In this document: positions 47,033 through 60,137 of the stretch, piece by piece
Numbering within the stretch: the first letter of the stretch is position 1
Layout: each line of letters opens with the position of its first letter
Source: Geosiphon pyriformis uo1
Taxonomy: Eukaryota; Fungi; Glomeromycota
DNA: 64,000 bases
NCBI GenBank assembly: GCA_016748015.1
Contig: JAAOMT010000439.1
Coordinates: forward strand, 331,527 to 395,526
Direction of reading: 5' to 3'
Program-made: the position numbers and the translations under genes
The notes under the pieces: generated by a model
The model's input: only the letters and a program-made list of their open reading frames with translations
Told to the model about the DNA's origin: nothing
Databases searched by the model: none

Positions 47033-47050
47033 CTTACAAGGAGCACTAAA
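47033..47050 (-). promoter_or_regulatory. PBS of element A (consensus with C: TGGTGCTCCTTGT)
   Basis: Minus strand ttTAGTGCTCCTTGTAAG after the LTR. C has ttTGGTGCTTTTTGTAAG at 59191-59174. Compatible with a tRNA ending GGAGCACCA, such as tRNA-Ile(UAU) (inference). Confidence 0.65.
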
Positions 47051-47829
47051 TGTTACAGATGATTATTTGGGGTCTCAAAGCAAATAACAAATCCATAACT
47101 TGGTGTTTGATTGGTATTCTGGTGTTGATATCTGAATATTTGATTGATCTGAAGGTTTTTGTGTAGAGTTCTTTGTATAATGAACAGAGATTCAATAGTT
47201 GTTTTAGTAGTCTCTTGGAATCACAATTCTGTCAAATTTTTTTCTCAGTGTGGTGGCTAGTAATTCTCCTGGTAAGCTATCCTCAAATCTATGAGTGTTT
47301 TACTCTTGTTTTACAGGTCTTTTACCAGTCCCTATGACGTTTGTAACTCAGTGCTTTAATCTTTGATTAATTAGTCAACCAAAAGAAATACAAAAGAAAT
47401 AAAAGAAAATAAAGAAATAAACAAAAGCAATTGCAAGTTAGTATCCTATCAACAGCCGTAATCAAGAGCTATTGTTCTAGTGTAGTTAAGTATCAATTAC
47501 TATCAACATGAAGTGTTGATAGTGGAGAGTAGATTGAGATAGTAAATAATTATTTATTGATATTTGTGAATGAAAGATTGCTTAGATCAGATCTAAACTG
47601 GAAGATCCCTTTTTCTACTTCTACATAATTGAAATTCCCCCATTCCTCAATTCCTTACATCAGGAATCCTGGAATTTCTGGAATCCTGCAATTTCTTTGA
47701 GAGGAATCCTGGAATTCTGGAATCCTGCAATTCCTTGTACAAGAATTCTAGAATTCCACATTTACTATGGCTACTTCTAATTGGCTAATTTATATGCTAA
47801 TATATACTTCCTATATTCTATGAGTAACA
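47051..47829 (-). repeat. 5' LTR of element A
   Basis: TGTTACA...GTAACA termini. GGAAT(C/T)CTG tandem array at 47660-47760. Confidence 0.92.
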
Positions 47830-47904
47830 ACAAATATTACTTAAAATTATAATTAAATAACATAATTAATTGCTTGTTTTATGTTTAATTTATTTCTAAA
47901 AAAA

Positions 47905-48158
47905 AAAAATTTTTTTTTCTCTTATTAATCCTTTAGCCATAACAAAAGTAAAATACATACCAAAGTTATAGGTTTTTTTTTTCTTTGTTTTTTTTCTAGT
48001 TATTTCTTTAAACACATCTTTATTTGTTATAATGAAACCAATAGACTTGTTTGCTAGTGGTTTTAGCTCTGGCTTGGCTGGTTTAAAGACCTGCTTTAAT
48101 ACTAAAAAGAAGCATATAAAAAGTGTCTATTTTTATGATACATTATTTAAAAAGCTAA
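47905..48158 (+). mobile_element. Possible 5' end (UTR plus ORF1 start) of another LINE, cut by the LTR at 48159
   Basis: A T-rich leader resembles the LINE 5'UTRs. It is followed by ATG 48032 and a G/T-rich, Ser/Gly/Lys-rich N-terminus (MKPIDLFASGFSSGLAGLK...KKK) that stops being credible at the LTR edge. Confidence 0.4.
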
Positions 48159-49123
48159 TATTACAGATAATTATTTGGGACATTGATACAAATAACAAAC
48201 TCATAACTTGGTGTTTAATAAGTAATATGATTGGTAATCTTTAAAGATTTTTGTGTCTGAAGATTTTTGTATCTAAAAGTTTTGGTTGAATTTTTTGTAT
48301 AATAAACAGAAATTTAATATTAATATCCTTTGGTGATATTTTTAGTTTTCTTTTCAACCCACAAATTAATATGTGTTGTTATCTGTAGTTTTTCAGAATA
48401 TTTATTTTATTAATTTTTTTTTAATTTGATGGCCAGTTTCCTAATAAGCTATTTTTTAATTCCAAGTGTCTATCCTTATTCTTGGGTTTTTTACCAGTTT
48501 TTTCCCTAACATTAGTATTTTGCTTTAATTTTTTTAATCAGTTAGTAAACAACAAACAAAAATAAATAAAAATAAAAATAAAAAATAAAAATAAATTAGT
48601 ATCTTGTCAATAGCTGTAATTAAGAATTATTGTTCCAGTATAATTAAGTATTGGATGCTATCAACATTAAGTGTTGATAGAATAGAAATAATCAATATTT
48701 TCTAATTAAGTAATGATAACATAGATTCAAGTGGTAATAAATAATTTATTAATATATAATGTGAATTTGAAACTTCTTCTAACTGTTTTTTTAACTAAAG
48801 ATTCTAACATTCTGTTTTTTCTGCTTTTAATACTTTTGCTATATATACATAATTAATGTTTTATAAAATCTCACACATTTGTGAACAATGTGCTATAATT
48901 TCTTAAACAATGCTTATATTGCTAAGCAATATGTTTTAATCTACTGATATTGCTCACATTATTAAGCAATGTGTCATAATTCATTGAAATTGCTTATATT
49001 GTTAAGCAATGTACTATAATTTACCAGTAATGTGCTCACATGCTCAATATTATTCTCTTATTGGTCTATTTTTTCTATTTGTTTTTTCTACTATTTTTCT
49101 TGTGCTCTTTTCTATAAGTAATA
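48159..49123 (-). repeat. 3' LTR of element C
   Basis: TATTACA...GTAATA (mutated termini). Homologous to 59192-60137. Confidence 0.85.
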
Positions 49124-52100
49124 TGATCTCTTTTTTTTTAATATTAAGTTTTATCAAAATCTTTATTTTGGATTAATTCTGCTACTTTTTTTTTAATACT
49201 ATTTGTTTAACTCTGGTTTTTATATTTTCTACTTGTGAGTTGTTCATTCTTTCTTACTGGTTAATAGTTATTGTTTTTATTTTTGGATGTAGTAATATTT
49301 CTAAATAATTTGAAATATGGTATATAGTTGATAAATTGTTCTAATGTGAAACAATGAGTTTGTTTTCTTTCTGATAAAGTCTTTAATTTGTTGTATTATT
49401 TCTTGATTGAATATTTTTTTGAATTTGTCTGTATATAGTTTTTAAATATTCAGCTTTTGTTCTAACTAATAGTAATAGTATGATATTGGAAATTGTTCTG
49501 TCTATTGTTTCCAACTTTTTTTTGTTAGTTTCTTTGTTAGAATAATTATAAGTATTGTCCCAAAAGTATTCTTCACTTTTTTTATTATTTTATTTGACCA
49601 ATGTTTTGTTGAATTCAGTAGTTATTGATATGGTGTATTTTCTGCTTTTTTTTTTGGTGTTTTGATAGCAGATTGTTTGGTGGTTAATAACAATTTCTAT
49701 ATCTAATTGTTGTTAATTTACAGCTTAAAATAATTGTTGACCTATTGAATAGATGTGATCTGGGATTTCCATTTTTCTGTTGTTGCTTTTATTACATATA
49801 CTGTGTTTTTTTATATTATTTTGGTTAATTACTTTAATTTGGTTGCATTAATAATTATAATTAGTTCCAGATTTCATAGAATTTTATTTGGTTTGACTAA
49901 TATTTTTTGTATTTTTAGTTATGAAATATTATTGGTAAATGATAATACTATATTGTGATATGATTTCAGTTAATCTCCATATACTGTTTTAGCTAAGATT
50001 TTATTGTTCTATCTTAGTTTATAAGCTTTATTTTCTAGAATTTCTTCAATGTAAAATAGTCTGTTCTATTTGAAGTTAAATTTTTTACTCTATTGTTTTT
50101 CTATTTTGGTACAATATAAAAGTACTTTGTCTTCAATTTTGAATTCAACTGGTTTATCTGGTAATTAGTTATTATGTTATTCTTTTTGTTTTTTTTGTGA
50201 TTTTTGAATATTATTAGCTGTTTTTTGTCTTTTGTTTTTTAGAGTTTTTATTAGTTCATATATTCTTCTTAGCAATGTTTTTTGTAAATTGGCTTCTGTT
50301 ATTGGTTCTATTAAATATGTGTTAATGTTTATCTTAATTGGTAATATTGCTGTTCTACTATAAACAAGTTCAAATAGTATTGCTTATATAATATCTTGCT
50401 TCATTGTTTGATAAGCAAATAGTACTGATGGTATAAACAAATTTTATTCATTCTGGTTTTTTTGGCTAATCTTGACTATTGTTTTATACAATGTTCTGTT
50501 AAATCTTTTGACTAAACTATTTGTTTGTGAATAATATGGCAATGATAATAGTCTCTTAATTTCAAATTTTTGACTCAATTCTATTTGTGTTCTGTTTACA
50601 AAGTGAGTTTTTTGATCTGATAATAATTCTTTTGGACATTCATGTTAACAAATCAAATCTTGATAAACAAATTTGGCTACAGATTCTGCATCTGCTCTTT
50701 GAATTGCTTTTGCTTCTGGTTATTTAATAAAATAATTCATGACTACTGCTATATAACAATTGCCTCTGCTGGTTATTGTAAATAATCTAACTAAGTCAAT
50801 TCTAATTTGATCAAATAGTTGTTTCATTCTAATTGGTCTTAGTGGTTCACTGGGTTTTGTTTTTTTTTTCTCTAACAAGCATCACAATTTTAAATGTATT
50901 AGATAATGTTTGGATACATTAATAGTCAATAATATTTTTTTTTAGTTCTTTCTATGGTTGCTTCTTTATGAAAATGTCCTGCTGTTGGATCTAAGTACAT
51001 GTTGTATAGTATTGTTTTTTTCTTTGGTTCTGTAATTACTCTGAATGATTGATCTGAATCTTTTTTGTTTTTCTGATATAGTATATTTTGGTAAATAATA
51101 AAATATTTTAATTGTTGTTTTATGTTGTTTTATTTCTTTTAAGATAATTTTTTCTTAAACTGTTAAGTATTAATATAATGTTGTAGTTGTAGATATTTTT
51201 GTATGTTCATCTTTTGTTATATTTTTGGAATTGAAATGTTCTTAGATTTGTTTTATTTGTGACAAACCATTGGCATTTCTGTTTTCTTTTCTCTTTTTAT
51301 AATGTACTGTATAATTAAATAGTGAAAGTTCTATTTTTTATCTTGTGTGGTGATTATTTCTAAATTTTTGTTTCTGAATTAATGTCAATTCTTTGTGATC
51401 AGTGTATATGTTATACTTTTAATTTAAGTATTTTTTCCATTTAATAACAGCTTAATAGATAGCCAAATGTTTTAATACTAGAGTTTTATAGTTTTTTTCA
51501 GCTGGACTTAAGTTTTGGCTAATATATATTACTAGATGTTTTCTTCTTTCTGGTCTTTTTTGAAACAGTACAGCTCTCAATGCTTGATTTGATGCATTAG
51601 TGGTAATAATAAATGGCTTGCTATGATCCAGATAAATTAGTACTGAAGCTTGAATGAGCTTTTTTCTTAAAATATCAAAAGCTTTTTGTTGAATTTTTAT
51701 CTATTTGTATTTTATATTCTTGGCTTAAAGCTGGTAAAGTAGTTAAGCCAGTTTGAAGAAGTTTTGGATAAATTAGTGGTAGTATCTAGTGAATCCCAAA
51801 AATGTTTTTAATTCTGTGAGATTTGTTGGTATTGAAAAGTTCTTGACAATCTCAATCTTGTTTGAATTGGTTTTGATGCTGTTTTTACTTACATGTTTTA
51901 AAAATTTCAGTTTTTTTTTGTCAAAAAAACACTTGTTTGTATTAGTTTCAATTTGGCTCTTTTTAGTTTCTCAAACACTTGTTAAAGATGGTAAAAATAA
52001 TCATTAAATGTTTTTAAAAACATATTAGTGTTATTCAAGTATACTATTACTAATTTCTATAGTAGTCTAGTATAAACAATTTTCATAAGCTGTTAAAAAG

Positions 52101-52996
52101 TGGCTGGCATATTCATTAAGCTAAATGGCATAACATTGAATTCAAAATTCTCTTCTTATGTAGTGAATACTGTTTTCTCTTTGTCAGCCAAATTTATGAC
52201 TACTTGCCAGTAGTTAGAGTCAGATAGCTATCTCTATAATTAATGCTGTTAAGTTTTCTGTAATCCATACAAAAGTGGATTTTTCTATTCTTTTTCCAGA
52301 TTAGTACTATTGGTAATAACTATGGATTTATTAATAATTGAATTAATCTATTGTCCAACATTCTATTAATTTCTTGTTAAATAATTTTATGGCTGGCTGG
52401 TGGTACTTGGTATGTTTACTGTTTAATTGAAATAGTATCTCTTATCTTAATTTGATGCTGAATAATGCCAGTTCTGCCAAATTTATTTTTACTGGCAAAA
52501 ATATTAGTGAAATTATTGAAAAGCATCTTTAGTTGTATATATTAAAGTGAATCTAAGTTTCCTAAGTTTATTTGGTCTAATTGTTCTGGTTGGAGCAAAT
52601 AATATTCTTCTTATTCATATATGATTTGTGATGTAATATCCACATATCTACATAGTTGTGGAAAATCTGGAATAGTATTTAGTGGTTGATTTTTAATTTT
52701 AGTGCTTAAGTATCTGATTTTAGTACTATTTAGTATTTTAATTATGTTACCAGTTGTATTATAGATGGAAATTTTGATGTACTTATAGTTCTTAACTAGT
52801 ATGTAGAAATTGGTAATTCCAATTTTTTCTGTTTCACAAATAGTCAGTTCTACTTTAAAAATCTAAGATTGGTTCCTTATTTTCTTCTCTATTATTAACA
52901 TATACTGGTTATATGGCAGAATAGAAACTGAATGACTGGTAAAGATAATTTCTCTCTTGTCAATTGATTTTTCTTTTGCCATATTAATTGGTATGT

Positions 52997-54881
52997 TGTT
53001 ATCCGAGTAGAAAAACCAATCCAAAGTTATAAAGAAACATAACCAAAATGTGACATAACACAGAATAGTGTGCAATAATATTGGATAATGCATTATAACT
53101 TAAAATAATACAGAATAATGCATTATAATGTGGAATAACACAAAATAACATGTAATAACACCAAATAACATATTATAACATAATATAATTAGCAATAGCA
53201 TAAAAAAACAAAACAATCAAAAGCAATCCTATAGAACAAAAAAAATATATAAAAACAAGTAGCTGTAAAAGTTAGAAAAACATCCAAAAAAAAATTAATC
53301 TTTCAGAATTAATTAAACTTTTAGAGTCAATTAGACTCATAGATCATAATTATTAAATACTCCTCCTTTTAAGGATGGTTGCTATCAACTGAAATGGAAT
53401 TATATCAATAAAATATCTCTTTAATTTTTCAAATCCATGTTATTATCTATTACTTAATCTGCTGGCACAATAGCTTTTGATCACAGCTATTGACAAAACA
53501 CTTATTTCTTATTTTATTTTCTTTATTTCTTTATTTTTCTTTTATTTTTTTTTATTTTATTTTATTTTATTTTATTTTATTTTTTTTATTTTTTCTTGTG
53601 GAGTAACAACATAATAAAATTGACTGTCTGAGAATAGACTTTATAATAGTCTGGTAAAAGAGAAAAACTCTCTCTAAGTTTTAGATATTAACATTATCTT
53701 AGTAGCTTACCAGAAGAGTAAAAAAATAACACCAGATCTTAATAACTGTGCTCATTAGCTCAGAGAAAATAGTTTACATTTATAAGAAGTTGCAATCAGC
53801 AAAAGCCAAACTTCCATGTCTTATAACCAAAAAACTCTATGGTGTTACAGGTAATTATTTCTGTTGTGGAATTGAATAACAAACCCATAACTTGGTGCTC
53901 AAAAGCTACTTTCGTGGATGATGTGCGGAAGGTATGGTATCTGAAGGTTTTGGTTGATCTGAAGGTTTTGTTGTGGAGTTCTTTGTATAATAGACAGAGA
54001 TTCAATAAGGTTGATAGTGGTTGTATTCTCAAGTGGTTTTCCCAATTTCTTTCTCAGCATAGTAGCCAGATTTAGTCTGGCAGTCATGCCCTTCTGGTAA
54101 GCTATTCAATAATATATATAAAATCCTACCCTTATTTCTGGATCTTTTACCAGACTATCCTTGACATCAATAACTCAGCGCTTAATCTTTTAATCAATTA
54201 GTATATGACAACAAAATCAAAGAAAGAAAGGAAATAAAATAAAAAAAATAAAAATAAAAAAAATAAAGAAAATAAGCCAAGGCAATTTGGTTCGTTAGTA
54301 TCTCGTCAATAGCCATGATCAAGAGCTATTGTTCCAGCATGGTTAAGTAGCAATTACTATCAACATGAAGTGTTAATAGTGAATAGTGGATTGAAATATA
54401 GAATAATTATTTATTTGATGATTGGTTTCTTGGCTAAGGATTCTGTAATATCCATTTTGTTTTTTCTGTTTCTAACACTACTACTATATATACATAATTG
54501 GGATTCCTCAATTCCTCGATTCTTCACAACAAGAATCCTGGAATCCTGCGATTCCTTTGAAAAGAATCCTGGAATTCTGAAATTCTGCAATTCTTCATTG
54601 AAAATCCTGAAATTCCTGGAATTCTGTAATTTCTGAAAGGAATCCTGGAATTCCACATTTACTATGCTTACTTCTGATTGGCTAATAATTATGCTAATAT
54701 ATTTCCTATATTTCTATGAATAACAATGGGTAAATTCATAACAATTTAAAAGACTTTCAAAAACTGATAATACTGATACAACAAACAAGTCTACTGAAAA
54801 AAAATCATTAAAAGCTTTCTAAAAACCCAAATCTTAAGCACCAAATGTTATTATCATATACCACCAAGTTTATCCATAACA
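52997..54881. mobile_element. Solo LTR D (~1.0 kb, a different family) inserted in element C and itself interrupted by solo LTR E
   Basis: TGTTAT...ATAACA termini. TSD ATGT at 52993-52996 and 54882-54885. The flanks rejoin into the post-dUTPase sequence seen intact in A at ~42570-42610. Confidence 0.85.
53843..54725 (-). mobile_element. Solo LTR E (883 bp, related to the A LTR)
   Basis: TGTTACA...ATAACA termini. TSD ATGG at 53839-53842 and 54726-54729. Carries the same GGAATCCTG array as the A LTRs. Confidence 0.9.
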
Positions 54882-56269
54882 ATGTTTATTCTACTTATTA
54901 ATTCAAATCTATTTTTTCTTTTGGCTGTGATCTCTAATTTTTTTTTGTTCTTATTGTTATTAATTAAGCTATTTTCACCAAAAGTAAAAATATTGTCTGT
55001 GCTATTTTTTTATTTGGTTCAATTATATATGGTTTTTTTAAATTATTTTGTAGTATTGCAATAATATTTTCTATATATTTTGCATTAATTATTCTTTTTT
55101 TGATGTTAATTTCTTTCTTTGCTAAATTAAATCTAGATGCTAATTGAACTATTGTTGTTGCTAGAATTTTCAGTGCTATTTTCAGATTAATACTAATGTG
55201 TGAATGTGGTTTTAATTTGATGGCAGTTTTTTCAGGATATCTAAGATCAAATTCTGTATTAGTATTATGTAGTTATTCTGATATAATATTTTTGTTATTA
55301 TTGCTAAACCATTTAAGTTCTTGTTCTATTAACAGATTTGAGGGCACAATATATTGTTTGGAATTATAATCAGAGTTTGAATTGTCATTGTCATTGCCAT
55401 AGTAAATGGAATTGAAACTATTGTTGTTGTCATCATTAGAGTCTAAATCAGAATTGAATTTTGATTTCAATTCTAATATGCACTTACTGATTGGTTTTTT
55501 TTTAAAGATCAAATATATTATGTATGATAATGAATTGTGAATGATATTATAATTATTACAATACTGAAAATCACATAAAATTAAACAATGATCACATAAG
55601 TGAATATTGGGCTATTTTAAACATTGCTCTTGCTTTTTTTAGTAAGTGTTAATTTCTAGTAGTGTTTATAAAATTGTTTTGGGTTCATAATATTAAAGAT
55701 AATATTAGAATTTGAGATTCAAATAATCTTTTTGGGTTCTGGTGGATTGTTTTTAATTGTTTTTATTTCTTCTGGAAATGTATCTTCAATTTTGGCAATT
55801 GCTATTCACCAGATTTCATTATTATTATATAAACAGCCATCCAAATATTTTACAGCTTTTCTCTAAACAGCACCTATTGGTGTTTCTTTTTTTATTCAAT
55901 TACTAATTAAAATTGTGTATTAACATGATTTGTTACATATTTTTTTATAACCAAGAATGTTGTTCTATATTCTTTCATCTAAAAAAGTTTTCTTACAAGT
56001 AAAACATAGTTTGTTGTCTCATTTTCTTTGTCTTTTGGATCATTCAAAGCATTCAAAAACACATGGACAACAATAATAATAATTTGTGGCCATCAGCCAT
56101 TCCTTATTGTTACTACAGCATATATCTATTGTTAACAATTTTTTGTCACAATTGACACATATTAGCTTAGGTTAATAGTAGTTGGTTTGGTGTGTAATGG
56201 TATATAAGATGTAAGTAAAGATAGTAGCTGAAGTAGATTCTTCTTTTCTTTTTTTTTTTTTTTTTTTTT

Positions 56270-56331
56270 NNNNNNNNNNNNNNNNNNNNNNNNNNNNNNN
56301 NNNNNNNNNNNNNNNNNNNNNNNNNNNNNNN
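56270..56331. other. Assembly gap (N run) within a poly-T tract
   Basis: 62 Ns flanked by T homopolymer. Confidence 1.
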
Positions 56332-56364
<33 letters not shown>

Positions 56365-59191
56365 CTAAGTATGAATAATAATTTATTGTGTTTTTTTTGG
56401 TCCATGAAACTTGGTAGGCTTTTTAGATAGGTTTGTTTTCTTCTTTCTTAAATTTGATTAGTAATGCTTTGTTGTTTGGTTTAAAGTGATTATATGTAAC
56501 TGGTATCTGAGTATATTAACTATTTTGGCTGAACTGTAGTTTTTGTATGGTCTAATTGAGCATAGCACTGGTTTTGAACAGTCAGTTATTACCAACTAGC
56601 ATTTAATATTATGTGGCTTTTATTACTAATACTTTGATTAATACAATAATACAATTGACTTTAAATAAGAAGTTGTTAATTTTGCTAATTGAAGTCTTTG
56701 TTGTTTCATTTGTGATAATGATTTTAGCACTGGCAATGCAATTAACTTGGTGACCTAATTCATAAATTGTCATGTGATGATGCTGCTGGCTGACTTACTA
56801 TTAAAAATTAGTTTGATAGGATGGCTATTGACTTTTATGTCAGTGTATATTGTGGTAATTAGTTTTGCTTTAAGGGTGGCTTTACTGAATAAAGATGTTT
56901 TAACTGTTTCTTCAAGTTCAAAAAAAAAGATGGCAGTAAGTGATTCATCTCCAGTAATTATTACTGGTAGAATATTGTTAATGAGTAGTTAAATTTAATT
57001 GGGTTTTGATGAATTGAGTGTTGTGATTTTTAGAAATACTAAGAGACTTAAATAGTATTGGGCATAGCTAATTTCTGAATTTTGTTGTTAAGATCCAGAT
57101 TGCTAGGCTGCTAAACTGGAGATCAGTTGGTGTATTACTATTGTCAATTGCTAATTTTGACAGATCTAAGTAGTTTTTGGTCTTTAATTTTTATTTGAAA
57201 TAAGTTTTGGAGTTAATTCTGATTTGGTTGGGGCTGATAAATAATTTGGGACTGGAGTAGTTGATAAATTACCAATGCTAATGGTTAATAAAGTGGCTAT
57301 GTTACTTGAGCATAATATGGTTGATATTAGTATTGTTCTGATAATTGATTACTGGCATAGTTCAGAATTTAAAATCTGCAATTGGGATTTTAATATTGAT
57401 TTCCTGATCATAAGTTATTTTCTTTAAAGTAGCAATCTATTTTTAAATGGCCTTGTCTATTACAGTAATAGCAATTACATTTTTTCATTTGTCATAGTTA
57501 ATTTGATAACAATAATAGACATATTTGTTGCTAAACATGATTGAAATTTCCTGGATTTTTGTGATAATATGAAGATTGATATATTGCCTAATTATTAGCT
57601 AAGTATTCCTTAAGTTTCTGATTAATTGAATTACTAAATTGTTTAATTTGGAATTTAAGTCAGATGATCTATTTATTACTAGATTAACAGCTTAAAAGTG
57701 ATTATCTTTCAGCTCAGCTAATTTGAAATCTCTAGTATGTATAACTGCATCTTAAAATGTTTGTAAGTGTATTAAACATATACACTGAAAAATGCTACTG
57801 CATAATCCATGAATGAACTGGTTTAAAATCTGTAGTACTGTAAAATAATTTGTGTTAATTGCTTGTATTTGGTGCAGATTTTTATGGAAGCATCTTAAGT
57901 AAGTGGTAACTGCTTCAGTATTTTTTTGTTTGATAATTGTAAAAATATTTGCTAGGCAATTAATACTATTATTGTCACTAAAATATCTTAGAAATTCCAG
58001 TTTGAATACATTAAAGTTTTGGGGTTTCTGGATTAAGTTTTGATATTATGAATTGGCAATATCTTGAAAAAATATGTGATTGCTTGTAATGCTCTAACAT
58101 TATCTCATCTATTAACTACAATGGTTTTTTCCATATTATTAAGCCAAACTTGCACATCATTTTTTTTACCAGTAAATTTTTCAAATTTTGCAATTGATGT
58201 ATAGACTATTAATGCAAGTAATAGTTGTAGTTATTATTGTTGTTGTTAAAGTTGTTGTTGTTAGAATAGTAGTTGTGGCTGTTATTGCAATTCAACAATT
58301 AGTATAACTGATAGTAGATTAATTATAATTACTAGAAGTAAGTTTTAAGGAACAATAAAAGCAAGGTTTGGATTGTTCTGATTTTGCTGAGTTGGAACAA
58401 TTAGGATTTGAATTCTTGGGTTTTTTAAGATCAGATTTTAATAAGCAAATTTCTGATCTTTGTTTTTCTTTTCTTCTAAGTCAGTTATTTTTCAAGAACT
58501 AGTGGCTCTGAAATCAGATTGAGGTGACAATAATCGAAATTTTGATGGTATTGGTAATTACAATTTAAATTCTTTAAAGTAATTATCATAAGTTCTCAAT
58601 AAATCAGCTTTTTTTTGTTGGTTTTAAAATGTTATTCTTACTGATAATGTTTTTGCTAATAATAATTTACCTCCTAATGGTATATTGATAGTACTTTTAG
58701 ATGTGTAGTAATATGATAGATAAATAGGTAAAACTACTCTTGGTTTCTTCTATATAAATAGTTGTATGTTTCTTGGTGTTTCTGCTGGTGTTTGTAATTT
58801 TCTTTTGTTGTTGTTTGCAAAGATAATAAAAAATTTTTGTTTAATGTGTTTCTCAATTTTTCTATTGATTTTTGTGATTATTGAAACAAACAAATAATTT
58901 TGTAAAAACATGATATTCTGGAGTAATTTACTATAAAAATTAGTAAATGCTGTTTCTTGATCTTTTTAATCTCCTAAGTGGAATTTGATTCTTTTGTTAA
59001 CATAAAAATTGAAAATTAATTCTGCTGGCCAATGGTTACTTGTTAATTTTAGGTGAAATTGATAGTATTGGAATAAAGCTTTTGTAAATTTCAAGTGGTT
59101 TGTTTCTGTTATTTCTGATTCTGTTACTGTTTCAGATAATTGCTATTGGTGCTAATTCTTTGCTAAATTATATCTTACAAAAAGCACCAAA

Positions 59192-60137
59192 TGTTACAAA
59201 TGGTTACTTGGAATGTTAATATAAATAACAAACTCATAACTTGGTGCTTAATAATATGTATGGTTGGTAATATCTGAAGATTTTTATGTCTGAAGGTTTT
59301 TATATCTGAAAATTTTGGTTGAGTTCTTTGTATAATGAACAGAGATTTAATGTTAATATTCTTTGGTGATATTTCTAATTTTTTTTTCAACTTATGAGTT
59401 GGTATGTGTTGTTGTTTATAGCTTCTCAGAATATTTATTCTGTTAATTTTTTTTAGCTTAATGGTCAATTTTCTGGTAAGCTATCCCTCAATTCTGAGTG
59501 TTTATCTTTATTCCTGGGTCTTTTACCAGTCCTTTTTTTAATGTTAATACTTTGTTTTAATCTTTTTAATCAGTTAATAAACAACAAACAAAAATAAATA
59601 AAAAATAAAAAATAAAATAAAATAAAAGAAATTAGTATTCTGTTAATAGCTATAATCAAGAGTTATTGTTTCAGTGTAGTTAGGTGTTAAATGCTATCAA
59701 TATTGAGTGTTAATAGAGTAAAAATGATTAATATTTTCTAATCAAGTGATAATAACATAGATTCAAATAATAATAAATAATTTATTGATATGTAATGTGA
59801 ATTTGGAACTTTTTCTAACTGTTTTCTTAATTGAGGATTCTAACTGTGTGTTCTAGCTGTAAATTCTGTCTTTTTTGCTTCTAATACTTTTGTTATATAT
59901 ACATAATTGATGTTCTATAAAATCTCATACATTTGTGAGCAATGTGTTATAATTTCTCAAACAATGCTCATATTGTTAAATAATATGCTCTAATCTATTA
60001 ATATTGCTTATATTGCTGAGCAATGTATCATAATTTACTAGCAATGTGTTCATATGCTTAATACTATTCTCTTATTGGTCTATTTTTCCTATTTGTTTTT
60101 TTTATTATTTCTTTTGTGCTTTTTTCTATAAGTAATA
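59192..60137 (-). repeat. 5' LTR of element C
   Basis: TGTTACA...GTAATA termini. Adjacent PBS. Confidence 0.87.

Larger units (their letters stand above)
28686..47829 (-). mobile_element. Ty3/Gypsy LTR retrotransposon A (~10 kb by itself; interrupted by element B)
   Basis: LTR pair at 28686-29530 and 47051-47829. 4-bp TSD ACAA at 28682-28685 and 47830-47833. PBS next to the right LTR and PPT next to the left LTR. Decayed gag-PR-Cys-dUTPase-RT-RH, IN and ORF3. Confidence 0.92.
48159..60137 (-). mobile_element. Ty3/Gypsy LTR retrotransposon C (same architecture as A, more decayed), containing two nested solo LTRs
   Basis: LTRs at 48159-49123 and 59192-60137. PBS 59174-59191 and PPT beside the left LTR. 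The internal region is colinear with A: ORF3 49138-49772, IN ATG 51210, RH/RT 51240-52500, dUTPase ~54890-55300, Cys-rich ~55550-56170, PR ~56500-56860, Gag 57400-59150. Flanks CTAA/ATGG do not form a TSD. Confidence 0.85.

Noticed and set aside
47660-47760. Short repeat arrays as CRISPR
   Set aside because: Degenerate 9-10-bp tandem units without unique spacers, inside eukaryotic LTRs, and no cas genes.
53796-54656. ORFs within solo LTR E and other LTRs
   Set aside because: Not open in the sister LTRs. They derive from repeat arrays.
54833-54850. PBS-plus-LTR-start look-alike (AAGCACCAAATGTTA)
   Set aside because: It lies inside solo LTR D, whose real end and TSD are at 54881-54885, and no LTR homology follows.
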